Positions 21,199 through 30,021 of a DNA stretch of 64,000 bases are shown here, piece by piece. The stretch covers positions 351,930 through 415,929 of the forward strand of contig JAXLZS010000001.1 of the NCBI GenBank assembly GCA_046350775.1. Direction: 5' to 3'. This DNA comes from Minisyncoccota bacterium (GTDB lineage: Bacteria; Patescibacteriota; Minisyncoccia; Phycocordibacterales; UBA5272). Each line of letters opens with the position of its first letter. The stretch's first letter is position 1. The position numbers were made by a program, and so were the translations under genes. Below the pieces are notes generated by a model, which was given only the letters and a program-made list of their open reading frames with translations, did not search any database and was not told where the DNA came from.

Positions 21199-22104
21199 TT
21201 ATTTTAAACTATTTTTTAAATTATCCAAATAACCTTTCTTCTTCATTTCTTCTAACAAAATCCAATCTGCAGTAAAAGGTAAATATTTTTCTTTATCTTC
21301 TTTTGTTAAATCTCTCCAAGGAACTATACTTCCATAACATTTTTTGCTTTTACAAAAACATTTTCCTTCAGGGTTTTGCCAATCAGAATTACAAAATAAA
21401 CTATATGACATTGTTAGTTCTTCACCTTTTTTAATATCTCTCATTGCTGTAACAAAAAATAAATCTTTTATATAACAATTTGGCTCACAACTATGATTAA
21501 ATTTTACAGATAAAGAATTAAAAGAATTTCTATAAAAATATTTTGAAAAAGGAATAGCGTGATCTTTAACTAAAGAATTAATTTGTGATTCTTTTTTTGC
21601 AAAATAAATTTGTCCATCTACATATGATAATATTTCTCCTTTCTTTATATCTTCTTTTGCAAAAATTCCGGAACCTTTAACTTTTGTAGATTTTAATTCT
21701 ATCTTATCTTCATATTTTCTATAAAGTGAGTCTGGGGTTTCTTTATATGTAAAATCTTTTATATCAAAATATTTTTTTATAAATTCAATTGTCTTTTCTG
21801 TATTAAAATCCTTACAACTATAAATATCAACTGTTAGAAAATTATATTTAGTCCAAACATAAATATCAGCCCCTGATTCTGCCCAGACAACTTGTCCTTC
21901 ATATCCTTCATGGATTGGTTTTGCATTCCCTGTTGCGGAAGAAATGAAAGGACCATTAATAGTTTTCATTTTTAAATTCTTTGCCAGATCTAAAAGAAAA
22001 TTATTGATTAATTTTTCTTCTCCTTTATTTTTTATTTTCAATTTATAAGAAGCTTCTACTATTAAACGCTTTCTAAAAATATCTTTTGCTAAATCGTAAT
22101 ACAT
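21199..22104 (-). CDS. fusion protein: N-terminal AdoMetDC (SpeH)-like domain plus C-terminal SET-domain methyltransferase
   Basis: The N-terminus aligns to bacterial S-adenosylmethionine decarboxylase proenzyme (EGYEGQVVWAESGADIYVWTKYNFLTVDIYSCKDF versus [32 protein letters not shown]). The C-terminus has SET motifs NHSCEPN and a GEELTMSY post-SET tyrosine. Confidence 0.6.
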   Translation of the reverse strand: MYYDLAKDIFRKRLIVEASYKLKIKNKGEEKLINNFLLDLAKNLKMKTINGPFISSATGNAKPIHEGYEGQVVWAESGADIYVWTKYNFLTVDIYSCKDFNTEKTIEFIKKYFDIKDFTYKETPDSLYRKYEDKIELKSTKVKGSGIFAKEDIKKGEILSYVDGQIYFAKKESQINSLVKDHAIPFSKYFYRNSFNSLSVKFNHSCEPNCYIKDLFFVTAMRDIKKGEELTMSYSLFCNSDWQNPEGKCFCKSKKCYGSIVPWRDLTKEDKEKYLPFTADWILLEEMKKKGYLDNLKNSLK

Positions 22105-22108
22105 AAAT

Positions 22109-22420
22109 TTATTTTGATTCCTTTAAAATCCATTCACTATAACTTTTATTTGCTTCGACTTCATTCATTTTTATAATGCAAGGAATTTCATAACTGTGAT
22201 TTTCTTCAATACATTTTTTAACTTTATTCCAATTCTCTTTTCTGGTTTTTAAATAGGTTGCAATTTCTTTTGTTGATAATATTTTATCTTTCCAAAAATA
22301 TTTGGATTCTATATTTATATAATTAGCACAAGCGATCAATTTTTTATCAAGCAAAATCTTGACTATTTTATCAGCTTCTTTTTTATTTTTAAATGTAGAA
22401 TAAATAATAATGAATTTCAT
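22109..22420 (-). CDS. cutA: CutA1 divalent-cation tolerance protein
   Basis: 103 aa with the CutA pattern LIACANYI...YFWKDKI...HSYEIPCII (compare HPYEVPEII). Confidence 0.7.
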   Translation of the reverse strand: MKFIIIYSTFKNKKEADKIVKILLDKKLIACANYINIESKYFWKDKILSTKEIATYLKTRKENWNKVKKCIEENHSYEIPCIIKMNEVEANKSYSEWILKESK

Positions 22421-22424
22421 AAAA

Positions 22425-22856
22425 TTAATTTAAATAATCTTGAATACTTTTAATTATAAAATCAGAAATATTTTCTGGTATTTGTACTGGTGGTACACCT
22501 TTTAATGAAGGAGAAATGTAGTGTCCTCCAAAATTCGGGTCTGAAAAAGTAAGACCTAAGATTTCTACTGGCTTAATATATCTTGGTCTAAAATGAAAAT
22601 GTACATGTGGTTTTTCATTATCTCTGTAAGCATTATTCATTAAACATGAATAGTTAAACATAGTTGCATTTAATTTTTCTTTATAAAAAGATTCTAATTT
22701 CTTTATTAATATAAAAAAATCTTTTTGTTCTTCTTCTGATATTTCTGGCAAAGAAGTTTTATCATCTTTTAAAGAAAGAATTAGTCTACCAAGATACATC
22801 TGATCTGGATTTAAAATTAGATCCCAGTATTTTGTTGAATAAAAATGTTGGTTCAT
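22425..22856 (-). CDS. HIT-family (histidine triad) hydrolase-like protein
   Basis: PHVHFHFRPRY matches the HxHxHxx histidine triad followed by PR, as in HIT nucleotide hydrolases. Confidence 0.5.
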   Translation of the reverse strand: MNQHFYSTKYWDLILNPDQMYLGRLILSLKDDKTSLPEISEEEQKDFFILIKKLESFYKEKLNATMFNYSCLMNNAYRDNEKPHVHFHFRPRYIKPVEILGLTFSDPNFGGHYISPSLKGVPPVQIPENISDFIIKSIQDYLN

Positions 22857-22861
22857 AAATT

Positions 22862-23698
22862 TTAAAATTGATTAACTACCCTTAGATCTCCATTGTATAA
22901 AAATCTAATATCGTCGAGGCCATACTTTAGCATTGCGATTCTATCTATTCCTCCACCAAAAGCAAATCCAGAATATTTTCTTGAGTCGATACCGCAATTT
23001 TCTAGCACCTTTGGATGAACCATGCCAGCCCCCATGATTTCTATATATCCTGTCTTTTTACAAATATTGCAGCCTGCCCCGTCACATTTAAAGCATCTCA
23101 TAGCCACTTCTAGTCCTGGCTCGACAAATGGGAAAAATGAGGAGCGAAATACTACATCGATTTCTTTTTCAAATAATTCTGAAAAGAATTTTTCAAGAGT
23201 AGCTTTTAGATTTGCAAGAGAAATATTTTCTCCGACAAGCAATCCTTCGACTTGATGAAATTGCGCCTCGTGAGTCGCATCAGTCGCCTCATTACGAAAA
23301 ACTTTTCCAGGACAAACTATAGCTATCGGGAAAATTTCTTTCTCAGTTTTTTCTGCATTTTTTAACTCTTGCATTTTTTGTGTCATATATCTGATCTGGA
23401 CACTAGAAGTGTGGGTACGAAGTACAGCTTTTCCATCTCTGTCATCCTCTTTCAATTTTAAGAAAAATGTATCTTGCATATCACGAGATGGATGATCTTT
23501 TGGCACATTGAGCGCGTCGAAATTGTACCACTCCCTCTCCAGCTCTCTACCATCCGCAATATCAAATCCCATACCAGTAAAAATCTTTGATATCTTATCA
23601 ATCAAAATAGTGATCGGATGAGCATGATTAGATTTTGTATTTTCTTCTCCATTCATAGACTTATTATCTGATTTAAATATAAGAGAATTATAGCACAA
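22862..23698 (-). CDS. pheS: phenylalanyl-tRNA synthetase alpha subunit (N-terminally short)
   Basis: Class II catalytic core: HPITILID, FRNEATDATHEAQFHQVEGL, GAGMVHP. It lacks the usual N-terminal coiled-coil. Confidence 0.9.
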   Translation of the reverse strand: MCYNSLIFKSDNKSMNGEENTKSNHAHPITILIDKISKIFTGMGFDIADGRELEREWYNFDALNVPKDHPSRDMQDTFFLKLKEDDRDGKAVLRTHTSSVQIRYMTQKMQELKNAEKTEKEIFPIAIVCPGKVFRNEATDATHEAQFHQVEGLLVGENISLANLKATLEKFFSELFEKEIDVVFRSSFFPFVEPGLEVAMRCFKCDGAGCNICKKTGYIEIMGAGMVHPKVLENCGIDSRKYSGFAFGGGIDRIAMLKYGLDDIRFLYNGDLRVVNQF

Positions 23699-23733
23699 GA
23701 GGCCTATTTTTAATAAATCGAAAATGTGATAGA

Positions 23734-25074
23734 ATGAACCAATCTAATCAAACAACACAATCAACTATTATGCTAAACTTTTTCTCAGACGTGGCCAATT
23801 TCATGAAGTATTTTTTTTATGTATTTTCTTTTATTACCATGTATATAGAAATATATTTTCTAGTGACTTTTTTAGAATTTTTCGATGAATTAAATATAAA
23901 AACTAGAGAAAGTAACACTTATCTAAAAGATGAAGATTGTCCAGGTGTCACTATTACAGTCCCGGCTTATAATGAAGGAGAAAACATAAGAAAGACTGTG
24001 AATTCCCTCTTGGACTCAAATTATCCAAAAGATAAATTATTTTTAATTTTAGTTGATGATGGCAGTAAAGATAATACTTTTGAAATAATGAAAGAATATA
24101 TAGACAATCCACAAGTAAAGATATTTACTAAACCAAATGGAGGAAAATACACAGCTCAAAATTTAGGAATAGAAAATTCTCAAACAGATTTTGTGGGATC
24201 AATAGATGCTGACTGTACTGTAGATAAAGAAGCATTGAGAAGAATGATGAATATTTTTGTGACCAAAAAAAATATCATGGGAGTCTCTCCAGCCACAGCA
24301 GTAGTAGGAGCTAAAAATCCTATCCAAGCTGCTCAGGCAATAGACTATCAACTTCAAATCTATATCAAAAAAATGTTTTCTTTTGTAAAGGCAATGAACG
24401 TGATTTCTGGTACTTTTCCAATATTCAGAAAAGAAGTCTTTGATAAATTGGGACTATACACCGATGGACATAAGACCGAAGATCAAGAAATGACATTAAG
24501 AATGCAAGCTAATAATATGGAAGTCGAGCATGCCTACAATGCCTACGTATTTACAAGTGGCATGAAAAATATTCCAGCGCTATACAAACAAAGAAAAAGA
24601 TGGATATATGGTTTTATAAAAAATACTCTGGATTATAAAAAATTGTTATTTAATTCTAAATATGGAAATATTGGTTTTATAAGTCTGCCTACTGGATTCT
24701 TAGCTATTTTTGCTGGTATATTTTTATTTCTTTACTTGATATTCAATTTTTATGAATATGCATACTTGAAATACTTAACCTATTCAGCTGTAGGATTTTC
24801 ATCTTTGTTGGAATTTAATTTTACAAAAAGTATTTTCTTTATAGACACTTCAGCAATACTATTTTTATCTGTACTTTTCTATATTATTTTCTTGACTTCT
24901 ATTTATATAAGTGGAAAAATGTATACAGGAAAAGGAAAATTTAGTATGGGTATAATATATTACTTTATAGTTTACGCTACCATAGCTCCATTTTGGATGA
25001 TGAGAGCAGTATATAATGCAATAAGAAATACTTCACCAAATTGGACTAAGGAAATTGAAGCTAGAATAAAATAA
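23734..25074 (+). CDS. processive family-2 glycosyltransferase (PgaC/IcaA/cellulose-synthase-like synthase)
   Basis: N-terminal TMs, a GT-A core with VDDGSKDNT and DAD motifs, the QRKRW (QxxRW) processivity motif, and C-terminal TMs. Confidence 0.7.
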   Translation: MNQSNQTTQSTIMLNFFSDVANFMKYFFYVFSFITMYIEIYFLVTFLEFFDELNIKTRESNTYLKDEDCPGVTITVPAYNEGENIRKTVNSLLDSNYPKDKLFLILVDDGSKDNTFEIMKEYIDNPQVKIFTKPNGGKYTAQNLGIENSQTDFVGSIDADCTVDKEALRRMMNIFVTKKNIMGVSPATAVVGAKNPIQAAQAIDYQLQIYIKKMFSFVKAMNVISGTFPIFRKEVFDKLGLYTDGHKTEDQEMTLRMQANNMEVEHAYNAYVFTSGMKNIPALYKQRKRWIYGFIKNTLDYKKLLFNSKYGNIGFISLPTGFLAIFAGIFLFLYLIFNFYEYAYLKYLTYSAVGFSSLLEFNFTKSIFFIDTSAILFLSVLFYIIFLTSIYISGKMYTGKGKFSMGIIYYFIVYATIAPFWMMRAVYNAIRNTSPNWTKEIEARIK

Positions 25075-25151
25075 ATTATCATAAAAATAAAAGTTTATTT
25101 TTATGATAAAAAATGATAAGATTATCAGTAATAATATAATAATATAAAAAT

Positions 25152-25862
25152 ATGAACAAAAAGGACATTTTAAGATATATAATTGCGTTTGTTATAACTT
25201 CGGCTTTATTTGGATCTGTGATTTGGCTATCATCATACATAAATAATATGAAGCTATCAAATATAAAAAATATCTCTAACAAGATCTCAATAGATATCTC
25301 ATCTTCAGAAACCCAATTTCAACTTCTTCAAGGCGTCTCATGTAAAGATGTGTCGGCTTCAACATTATCTTCTGAATTAAATGATTTGTCACAAAAAATA
25401 AGCTATAGCGAACAACAAGGTTCAGGAAAAAGAGACGACATTATAGAATTAAAAAAGTACTACAGTCTTCTTGAAATAAAAGATTATCTATTGATGCAAA
25501 AAATTAAAGACAAATGTAATGTCCCTGTTGTTCCTATATTTTATTTTTATACGACAAATAATAACTGTACAGACTGCGTCAAAGAAGGTGCGGTACTAAA
25601 TCAGCTACGTAATGATTATCCAGAATTAAGAGTTTATTCTTTTGATTATAATCTGGACCTGTCTGCCCTCCAAACCCTTATTAAAATATTCAAAGTAGAT
25701 GGAAATAAACTTCCTTCCATATACATGAACGATCAACTCTATACAGGATTCCAGTCTGTTGATGATATTAAAAAAGTACTGCCAGAGCTAGATAAGTACA
25801 AAAAAGCTCGCCTAGCTCAAGAGGCAAAAAATGCTTCAAGTACAGCAACAAGTACGAAGTAA
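25152..25862 (+). CDS. membrane-anchored hypothetical protein with a CxxC motif (thioredoxin-like?)
   Basis: N-terminal TM anchor and a single CTDC motif. No confident family assignment. Confidence 0.3.
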   Translation: MNKKDILRYIIAFVITSALFGSVIWLSSYINNMKLSNIKNISNKISIDISSSETQFQLLQGVSCKDVSASTLSSELNDLSQKISYSEQQGSGKRDDIIELKKYYSLLEIKDYLLMQKIKDKCNVPVVPIFYFYTTNNNCTDCVKEGAVLNQLRNDYPELRVYSFDYNLDLSALQTLIKIFKVDGNKLPSIYMNDQLYTGFQSVDDIKKVLPELDKYKKARLAQEAKNASSTATSTK

Positions 25863-25885
25863 TAACTAATTGAATTAAAAATAAA

Positions 25886-25918
25886 AAACTCCTAATCATT
25901 AGGAGTTTTTTATTTTTG
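25886..25918 (+). terminator. rho-independent terminator
   Basis: Perfect hairpin AACTCCTAATCATTAGGAGTT followed by TTTTTATTTTT. Confidence 0.6.
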
Positions 25919-26215
25919 GAGTATCTCTATGACACTGCTCGAACTTACTTTATCAAAAATTCGTGAGAATATCCACAAAATCGCACATCCGTGCGCTAAA
26001 GCTCCTCTGTGCGAAGCACAGAGCTTTTCCAAAGGAAAAGAACGTAATGTGCGAATACAAATGCGGACTCGGTTTTACGAAAACATTTTTCTGGGGAAAA
26101 GGATTCGCAAAACCTCGGCTATTTTTTTGAAATTCGGCTGGGTTTGGATTCTCGCGCGCAGGAGGGGTCTGGGGAGGAATGCGCGCGGGCTTCGGCTTGG
26201 TGTGGTGGGAGATAT
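25919..26215. repeat. repeat A, left copy: GC-rich, hairpin-dense element, inverted relative to 29394-29704
   Basis: About 245 bp (25919-26162) appears essentially identical to the reverse complement of 29460-29704 on visual alignment. The similarity continues imperfectly to about 26215, with a 26-bp indel flanked by gcgcgc(a/g)gg direct repeats. It contains perfect hairpins such as CTCTGTGC-GAA-GCACAGAG and GCACATCCGTGC. The ORF 25929-26258 is a repeat artefact. Confidence 0.8.
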
Positions 26216-26248
26216 AGAAAAATTTTTAAAAAATGTTATAATTTCCTC

Positions 26249-26995
26249 ATGTTTTTAGAAGTTAAAAATCTTCGTTTTGCTTTTTGGGATAACAAGAGCA
26301 AACAAATACTCAAGAATATTTCGTTTTCTTTGGAAAAAGGAAAAACGCTTGTTATTGTTGGCTCATCAGGATCAGGAAAATCAACAATTTTACGTCTTAT
26401 CTCTGGCATTTTACCAGAAAAAGATGATTTATTTTCAGGACAGATTTTGATAAATAATGAAAATTCAAATAAGTTTTTAGAAAAAGGGAAATTGAGTTTC
26501 ATGTTTCAACAGCCAGCTTTATTTCCCAACTATTCTGTAAAAGAGAATATAGAGATTCCCATGAAGATTAAAAATGAAAAAGAAGATGTAAAGAATATTA
26601 TAGATACAGTCGGATTAACCAAATATCAAAATTATCTACCCAAACAACTCTCTGGTGGAATGAAAACGAGAGTTGCTTTAGCGAGAAGTTTTGTAACCAA
26701 ACCAGAATTATTACTGTTAGATGAACCTTTTTCCGCGCTTGATATTGCTTGGAAAGACGCCCTATATCACGAATTAAAACAACTCGTGAATAGTTTCAAT
26801 ACAACAGTAGTTCTTGTTACTCATGATATTGAAGAAGCATTGAAATTGGGCGATAAAATTATTTGTTTAGGTATAGATGGCGATATAATCTTTGAGAAAA
26901 ATAATGTGAGTGAGCAAAATTTATCTTCTCTATTGGAAGAAAAGATTATTGAAAATCATAAATTAAGAAAAAAGAAGTATGAAAAAATTTCTTAA
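26249..26995 (+). CDS. ABC transporter ATP-binding protein (NitT/TauT nitrate/sulfonate/bicarbonate family)
   Basis: Walker A GSSGSGKST, signature LSGGMKTRVALAR, Walker B LLLLDEP, H-loop VTHD. The start is placed at MFLEVKNL because the upstream part of the ORF lies inside repeat A. Confidence 0.85.
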   Translation: MFLEVKNLRFAFWDNKSKQILKNISFSLEKGKTLVIVGSSGSGKSTILRLISGILPEKDDLFSGQILINNENSNKFLEKGKLSFMFQQPALFPNYSVKENIEIPMKIKNEKEDVKNIIDTVGLTKYQNYLPKQLSGGMKTRVALARSFVTKPELLLLDEPFSALDIAWKDALYHELKQLVNSFNTTVVLVTHDIEEALKLGDKIICLGIDGDIIFEKNNVSEQNLSSLLEEKIIENHKLRKKKYEKIS

Positions 26996-27716
26996 ATATA
27001 CAATTTTAATATTCGCTGTTATTGCTATTTGGCAATATTTTGGAACTACAAATTCTATAGTAAGATTATACATCTCCTCACCCTCTCTTATTATTGATTA
27101 TTTTAGCGTAAATTATCTCAGACTTTTGGAGGCAACAATGATAACTTTTGCGGAAGCTTTTCTAGGGCTGATTTTTGCAACACTATTGAGTTTTACGATA
27201 ATGGTTATCTGTTTTTATAGACCAAAATTTCTGGAGTTTATATTACCAATAATGGTTACATCGCAAGTAATACCTATAATTGTTCTTGCACCATTTTTTA
27301 TAATTCTTTTTGGAATTGGTTTAACTTCAAAAATAGTTATGGCTATGGTTATAAGTTTCTTCCCGATATTTGTAAATTTTGTTCAAGGATATAAGGCTAT
27401 TCCGAAAAATATTCATGAGATAATGTTTATTTATAAAGCTCCAACAAGTTTTAAAATAAAAAATGTATATTTCCCACTAGCGATGCCCAGTATTATGGCT
27501 GGACTTAAAATCAGTGCGACATTATCTGTGATAGGTGCAATTGTTGCAGAGTTTACAGGGGCAAAACTTGGTATTGGAAAAAATTTATTTGTGAGTTCTA
27601 TACGACTTGATCCTGATTTAATGATGACATCTTTAATACTTGCATCCTTTATTGGGTTGGTTATTTATGGTATAATTAGACTGGTAGAAAAACAATATGG
27701 ATCATGGTACCAATAA
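26979..27716 (+). CDS. ABC transporter permease (TauC/SsuC-like)
   Basis: 245 aa with 6 TM helices and a BPD-type inner-membrane permease architecture. Its start overlaps the ATPase stop. Confidence 0.8.
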   Translation: MKKFLKYTILIFAVIAIWQYFGTTNSIVRLYISSPSLIIDYFSVNYLRLLEATMITFAEAFLGLIFATLLSFTIMVICFYRPKFLEFILPIMVTSQVIPIIVLAPFFIILFGIGLTSKIVMAMVISFFPIFVNFVQGYKAIPKNIHEIMFIYKAPTSFKIKNVYFPLAMPSIMAGLKISATLSVIGAIVAEFTGAKLGIGKNLFVSSIRLDPDLMMTSLILASFIGLVIYGIIRLVEKQYGSWYQ

Positions 27717-27738
27717 TTATTAACATTTAACTTTTTTT

Positions 27739-28734
27739 ATGAAAAAATACATTTTACTAATCATTTTATTAATATTATCAGTTCTAATAATTTTTGTTTT
27801 TGTAAGTAAAAAAGATGCTGCAAAATTAACTACTAATCAACAGGCGTCACTCCAATTCAGTTGGATTCCATCAGGTTCATTTGCTGGAGATGTTGTTGGA
27901 ATAAAAAAATTCGATGAGAAAAATAATATTGATATATCATCCTCATTTGGAGGGCCAGGTATTAATCCAATACAAATGGTAATAAGTGGACAAAAAACAT
28001 TTGGATGGGCGGGGTCTGATGAAGTACTGGCCGCTAATGATAAAGGTGCTGATTTAGTGATAATTGGATTAATTCACTATTATCCTCCGGTTGGATTTGC
28101 GTCATTTAAAGAAAAAAATATTAAGACACCAAAAGATTTAGAAGGTAAGAAAGTCGGCATACTCCCGTTTGGTAACTCAACAATGGTATATGAGACCATG
28201 TTGAAACAAAATGATGTAGATAGAAAAAAAATTTCTGAAATTACCATATCAAACGACTTGAAACCTTTTTTAAATGGTAGTTATGATGTTCACCCTATTT
28301 ATGTTTATGATGAAATAGTTGATCTTGAGAAACAAAATCGTGAGTTTAATATTATAAAACCAGAAGATTTTGGAGTCAGATCCATAAAAGGTTATGTGTA
28401 TTTTACAAAAAAATCTACACTTGATAACAATCCAGAATTAGTGAAATCTTTTATTGATACTATGGCTGATGGATGGAATTTTGCAATAAAGAATCCAAAA
28501 GCTGCAATAGATATTTTAAAAGAATTTGCTCCAGAAATTGATATAGATAGAGAAATTAAGGTGCTTCAAAATGGCATTCCGTATTTTACTAACTATAATA
28601 AACAACCGATAAATTCTGATATTGATAGTTGGAATACTATGATAGAAACATTGAAACAGACAGGCATTATCAAGGACACTCCAGATCTATCAAAAGTTTT
28701 ACAATTTCAGTTTATAAACGAGTATTATAAATAA
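27739..28734 (+). CDS. ABC transporter substrate-binding protein (NMT1/SsuA/TauA-like), membrane-anchored
   Basis: An N-terminal TM anchor followed by a periplasmic-binding-protein type 2 fold. It completes an ATPase-permease-SBP operon. Confidence 0.7.
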   Translation: MKKYILLIILLILSVLIIFVFVSKKDAAKLTTNQQASLQFSWIPSGSFAGDVVGIKKFDEKNNIDISSSFGGPGINPIQMVISGQKTFGWAGSDEVLAANDKGADLVIIGLIHYYPPVGFASFKEKNIKTPKDLEGKKVGILPFGNSTMVYETMLKQNDVDRKKISEITISNDLKPFLNGSYDVHPIYVYDEIVDLEKQNREFNIIKPEDFGVRSIKGYVYFTKKSTLDNNPELVKSFIDTMADGWNFAIKNPKAAIDILKEFAPEIDIDREIKVLQNGIPYFTNYNKQPINSDIDSWNTMIETLKQTGIIKDTPDLSKVLQFQFINEYYK

Positions 28735-28739
28735 AATTT

Positions 28740-29417
28740 ATGGACATTGACTTAAAGCAGTATAACCCTGTTGTTGATTCATACTCAGAGCAAATCAATG
28801 AGATGAATAAAAAATCTAATTCTGAGTTTAGAGATGCTTTTGAATCTATAAAACTAAATGGAGTTAATGTTGTTGAATTTGGTTGCGGGGCGGGAGATTT
28901 AATTTCATATATAAAAGATCACGGATTAAAATATTCTGGTATTGATAGCTCTGAAGAAATGATAAATTCGATCAAACAAAAATTTTCAACTGATGTAAAT
29001 GTGAAGGTTGGGGATTTTACAAAAACCACTTTTACTAAAAAAAGTTTTGATTTAGTTTTTTCAAAATGGGCAATTCAAACTATTGATAATGTAGATTTAG
29101 CTTATAAGGAATCTGTGCGTCTACTTAAAGATGACGGATTTTTACTATTTTTGGTGGTTCATCCAATAAGACATTTTTTAGAAAAGAAAAAGAAAGGCAA
29201 AAATTATTTTACTCAAGAATTAGTAGAATCCGTAATTTTTAGTGGAACAATAACAGTCAGAGAACCGTCTCATACAGTAAGTGAATATTTTAGTGATTAT
29301 TTTTTACAAAATTTTAATTTATTAAAAGTCCATGAATCTTATGAATTTCCAGGAGCAGAACAAATAAATGGAGATATTTATCCAACCCATTTATTATATA
29401 TTGCTCAGAAGAAATAG
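28740..29417 (+). CDS. class I SAM-dependent methyltransferase
   Basis: Motif I VVEFGCGAGDL. It is the last gene of the cargo block and its stop abuts repeat A'. Confidence 0.6.
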   Translation: MDIDLKQYNPVVDSYSEQINEMNKKSNSEFRDAFESIKLNGVNVVEFGCGAGDLISYIKDHGLKYSGIDSSEEMINSIKQKFSTDVNVKVGDFTKTTFTKKSFDLVFSKWAIQTIDNVDLAYKESVRLLKDDGFLLFLVVHPIRHFLEKKKKGKNYFTQELVESVIFSGTITVREPSHTVSEYFSDYFLQNFNLLKVHESYEFPGAEQINGDIYPTHLLYIAQKK

Positions 29418-29704
29418 GAATTTTACCTCCCACCTTCGCCAAAAAACAAAAAGCCGAAGCCTGCGCGCGAGAATCCAAACCCAGCCGAATTTCAAAAAAA
29501 TAGCCGAGGTTTTGCGAATCCTTTTCCCCAGAAAAATGTTTTCGTAAAACCGAGTCCGCATTTGTATTCGCACATTACGTTCTTTTCCTTTGGAAAAGCT
29601 CTGTGCTTCGCACAGAGGAGCTTTAGCGCACGGATGTGCGATTTTGTGGATATTCTCACGAATTTTTGATAAAGTAAGTTCGAGCAGTGTCATAGAGATA
29701 CTCC
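29394..29704. repeat. repeat A, right copy (inverted orientation)
   Basis: Reverse complement of 25919-26215, as described there. The ORF 29394-29834 on the minus strand is a repeat artefact encoding the same 78 aa as ORF 25929-26258. Confidence 0.8.
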
Positions 29705-29860
29705 ATAAACGAACAAAATGGTTCGGAAGATGCCAAATGGTGGGACGCACGAAGTGCGTCCCACTGTGTTTGCCCTGATTCTGCGGGGGAATTCGGAAAT
29801 GTGGGCGCGCTTGCGCGCACCTGTTTTTCGCCAAGGGCGAGGTTCAAAATCCAATACAAT
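29705..29860. repeat. repeat C, left copy: GC-rich hairpin-dense element, inverted relative to 31408-31554
   Basis: About 150 bp matching the reverse complement of 31408-31554 with a few substitutions. It directly abuts repeat A' at 29704/29705. Confidence 0.8.
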
Positions 29861-29909
29861 TTTTGCAATTTAAGAAAAAGAATTTTTGTTTGAAAATATT
29901 TTTGATATA

Positions 29910-30006
29910 CTAACTATGTTGAATCCATTATTAGATAGTTGGCAGAAAGGGCTATTTCAGCTTTCTAACTATCGTTAGGATTCAACACTGAAGTAGCCCT
30001 TTCTGC
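29910..30006 (+). promoter_or_regulatory. interleaved inverted repeats in the recombinase 5' leader
   Basis: tgttgaatcc (29918-29927) pairs with ggattcaaca (29978-29987), and gcagaaagggcta (29942-29954) pairs with tagccctttctgc (29994-30006). The arrangement is X Y X' Y', ending 16 nt before the ATG. Confidence 0.4.
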
Positions 30007-30021
30007 TTTAAGAAAAAATAT

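Noticed and set aside
25919-26215. Repeat A as an RNase P RNA, SRP RNA or TPP riboswitch upstream of the NMT1-like ABC transporter
   Set aside because: No GGAAAGUCCGG (RNase P CR-I), GGAAGCAGCC (SRP) or CUGAGA/ACCUGAUCUGGAUAAUGCCAGCG (TPP) cores are present, and the element is also present inverted downstream of the operon, which a riboswitch would not be.
25929-26258. Long ORFs inside the GC-rich repeats (25929-26258 on the plus strand, 29394-29834 on the minus strand, 31299-31619, 31352-31576 and 29656-29868) that encode identical peptides in two places
   Set aside because: The identity is a trivial consequence of the DNA repeats. GC-rich sequence in an AT-rich genome is simply depleted in stop codons, and there is no start or RBS context or any protein-like composition.
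29910-30006. An H-type pseudoknot formed by both interleaved stems simultaneously
   Set aside because: The stems are 10-19 bp with almost no connecting loops, which is sterically incompatible with a compact pseudoknot. Alternative (mutually exclusive) hairpins or protein-binding sites are more plausible.
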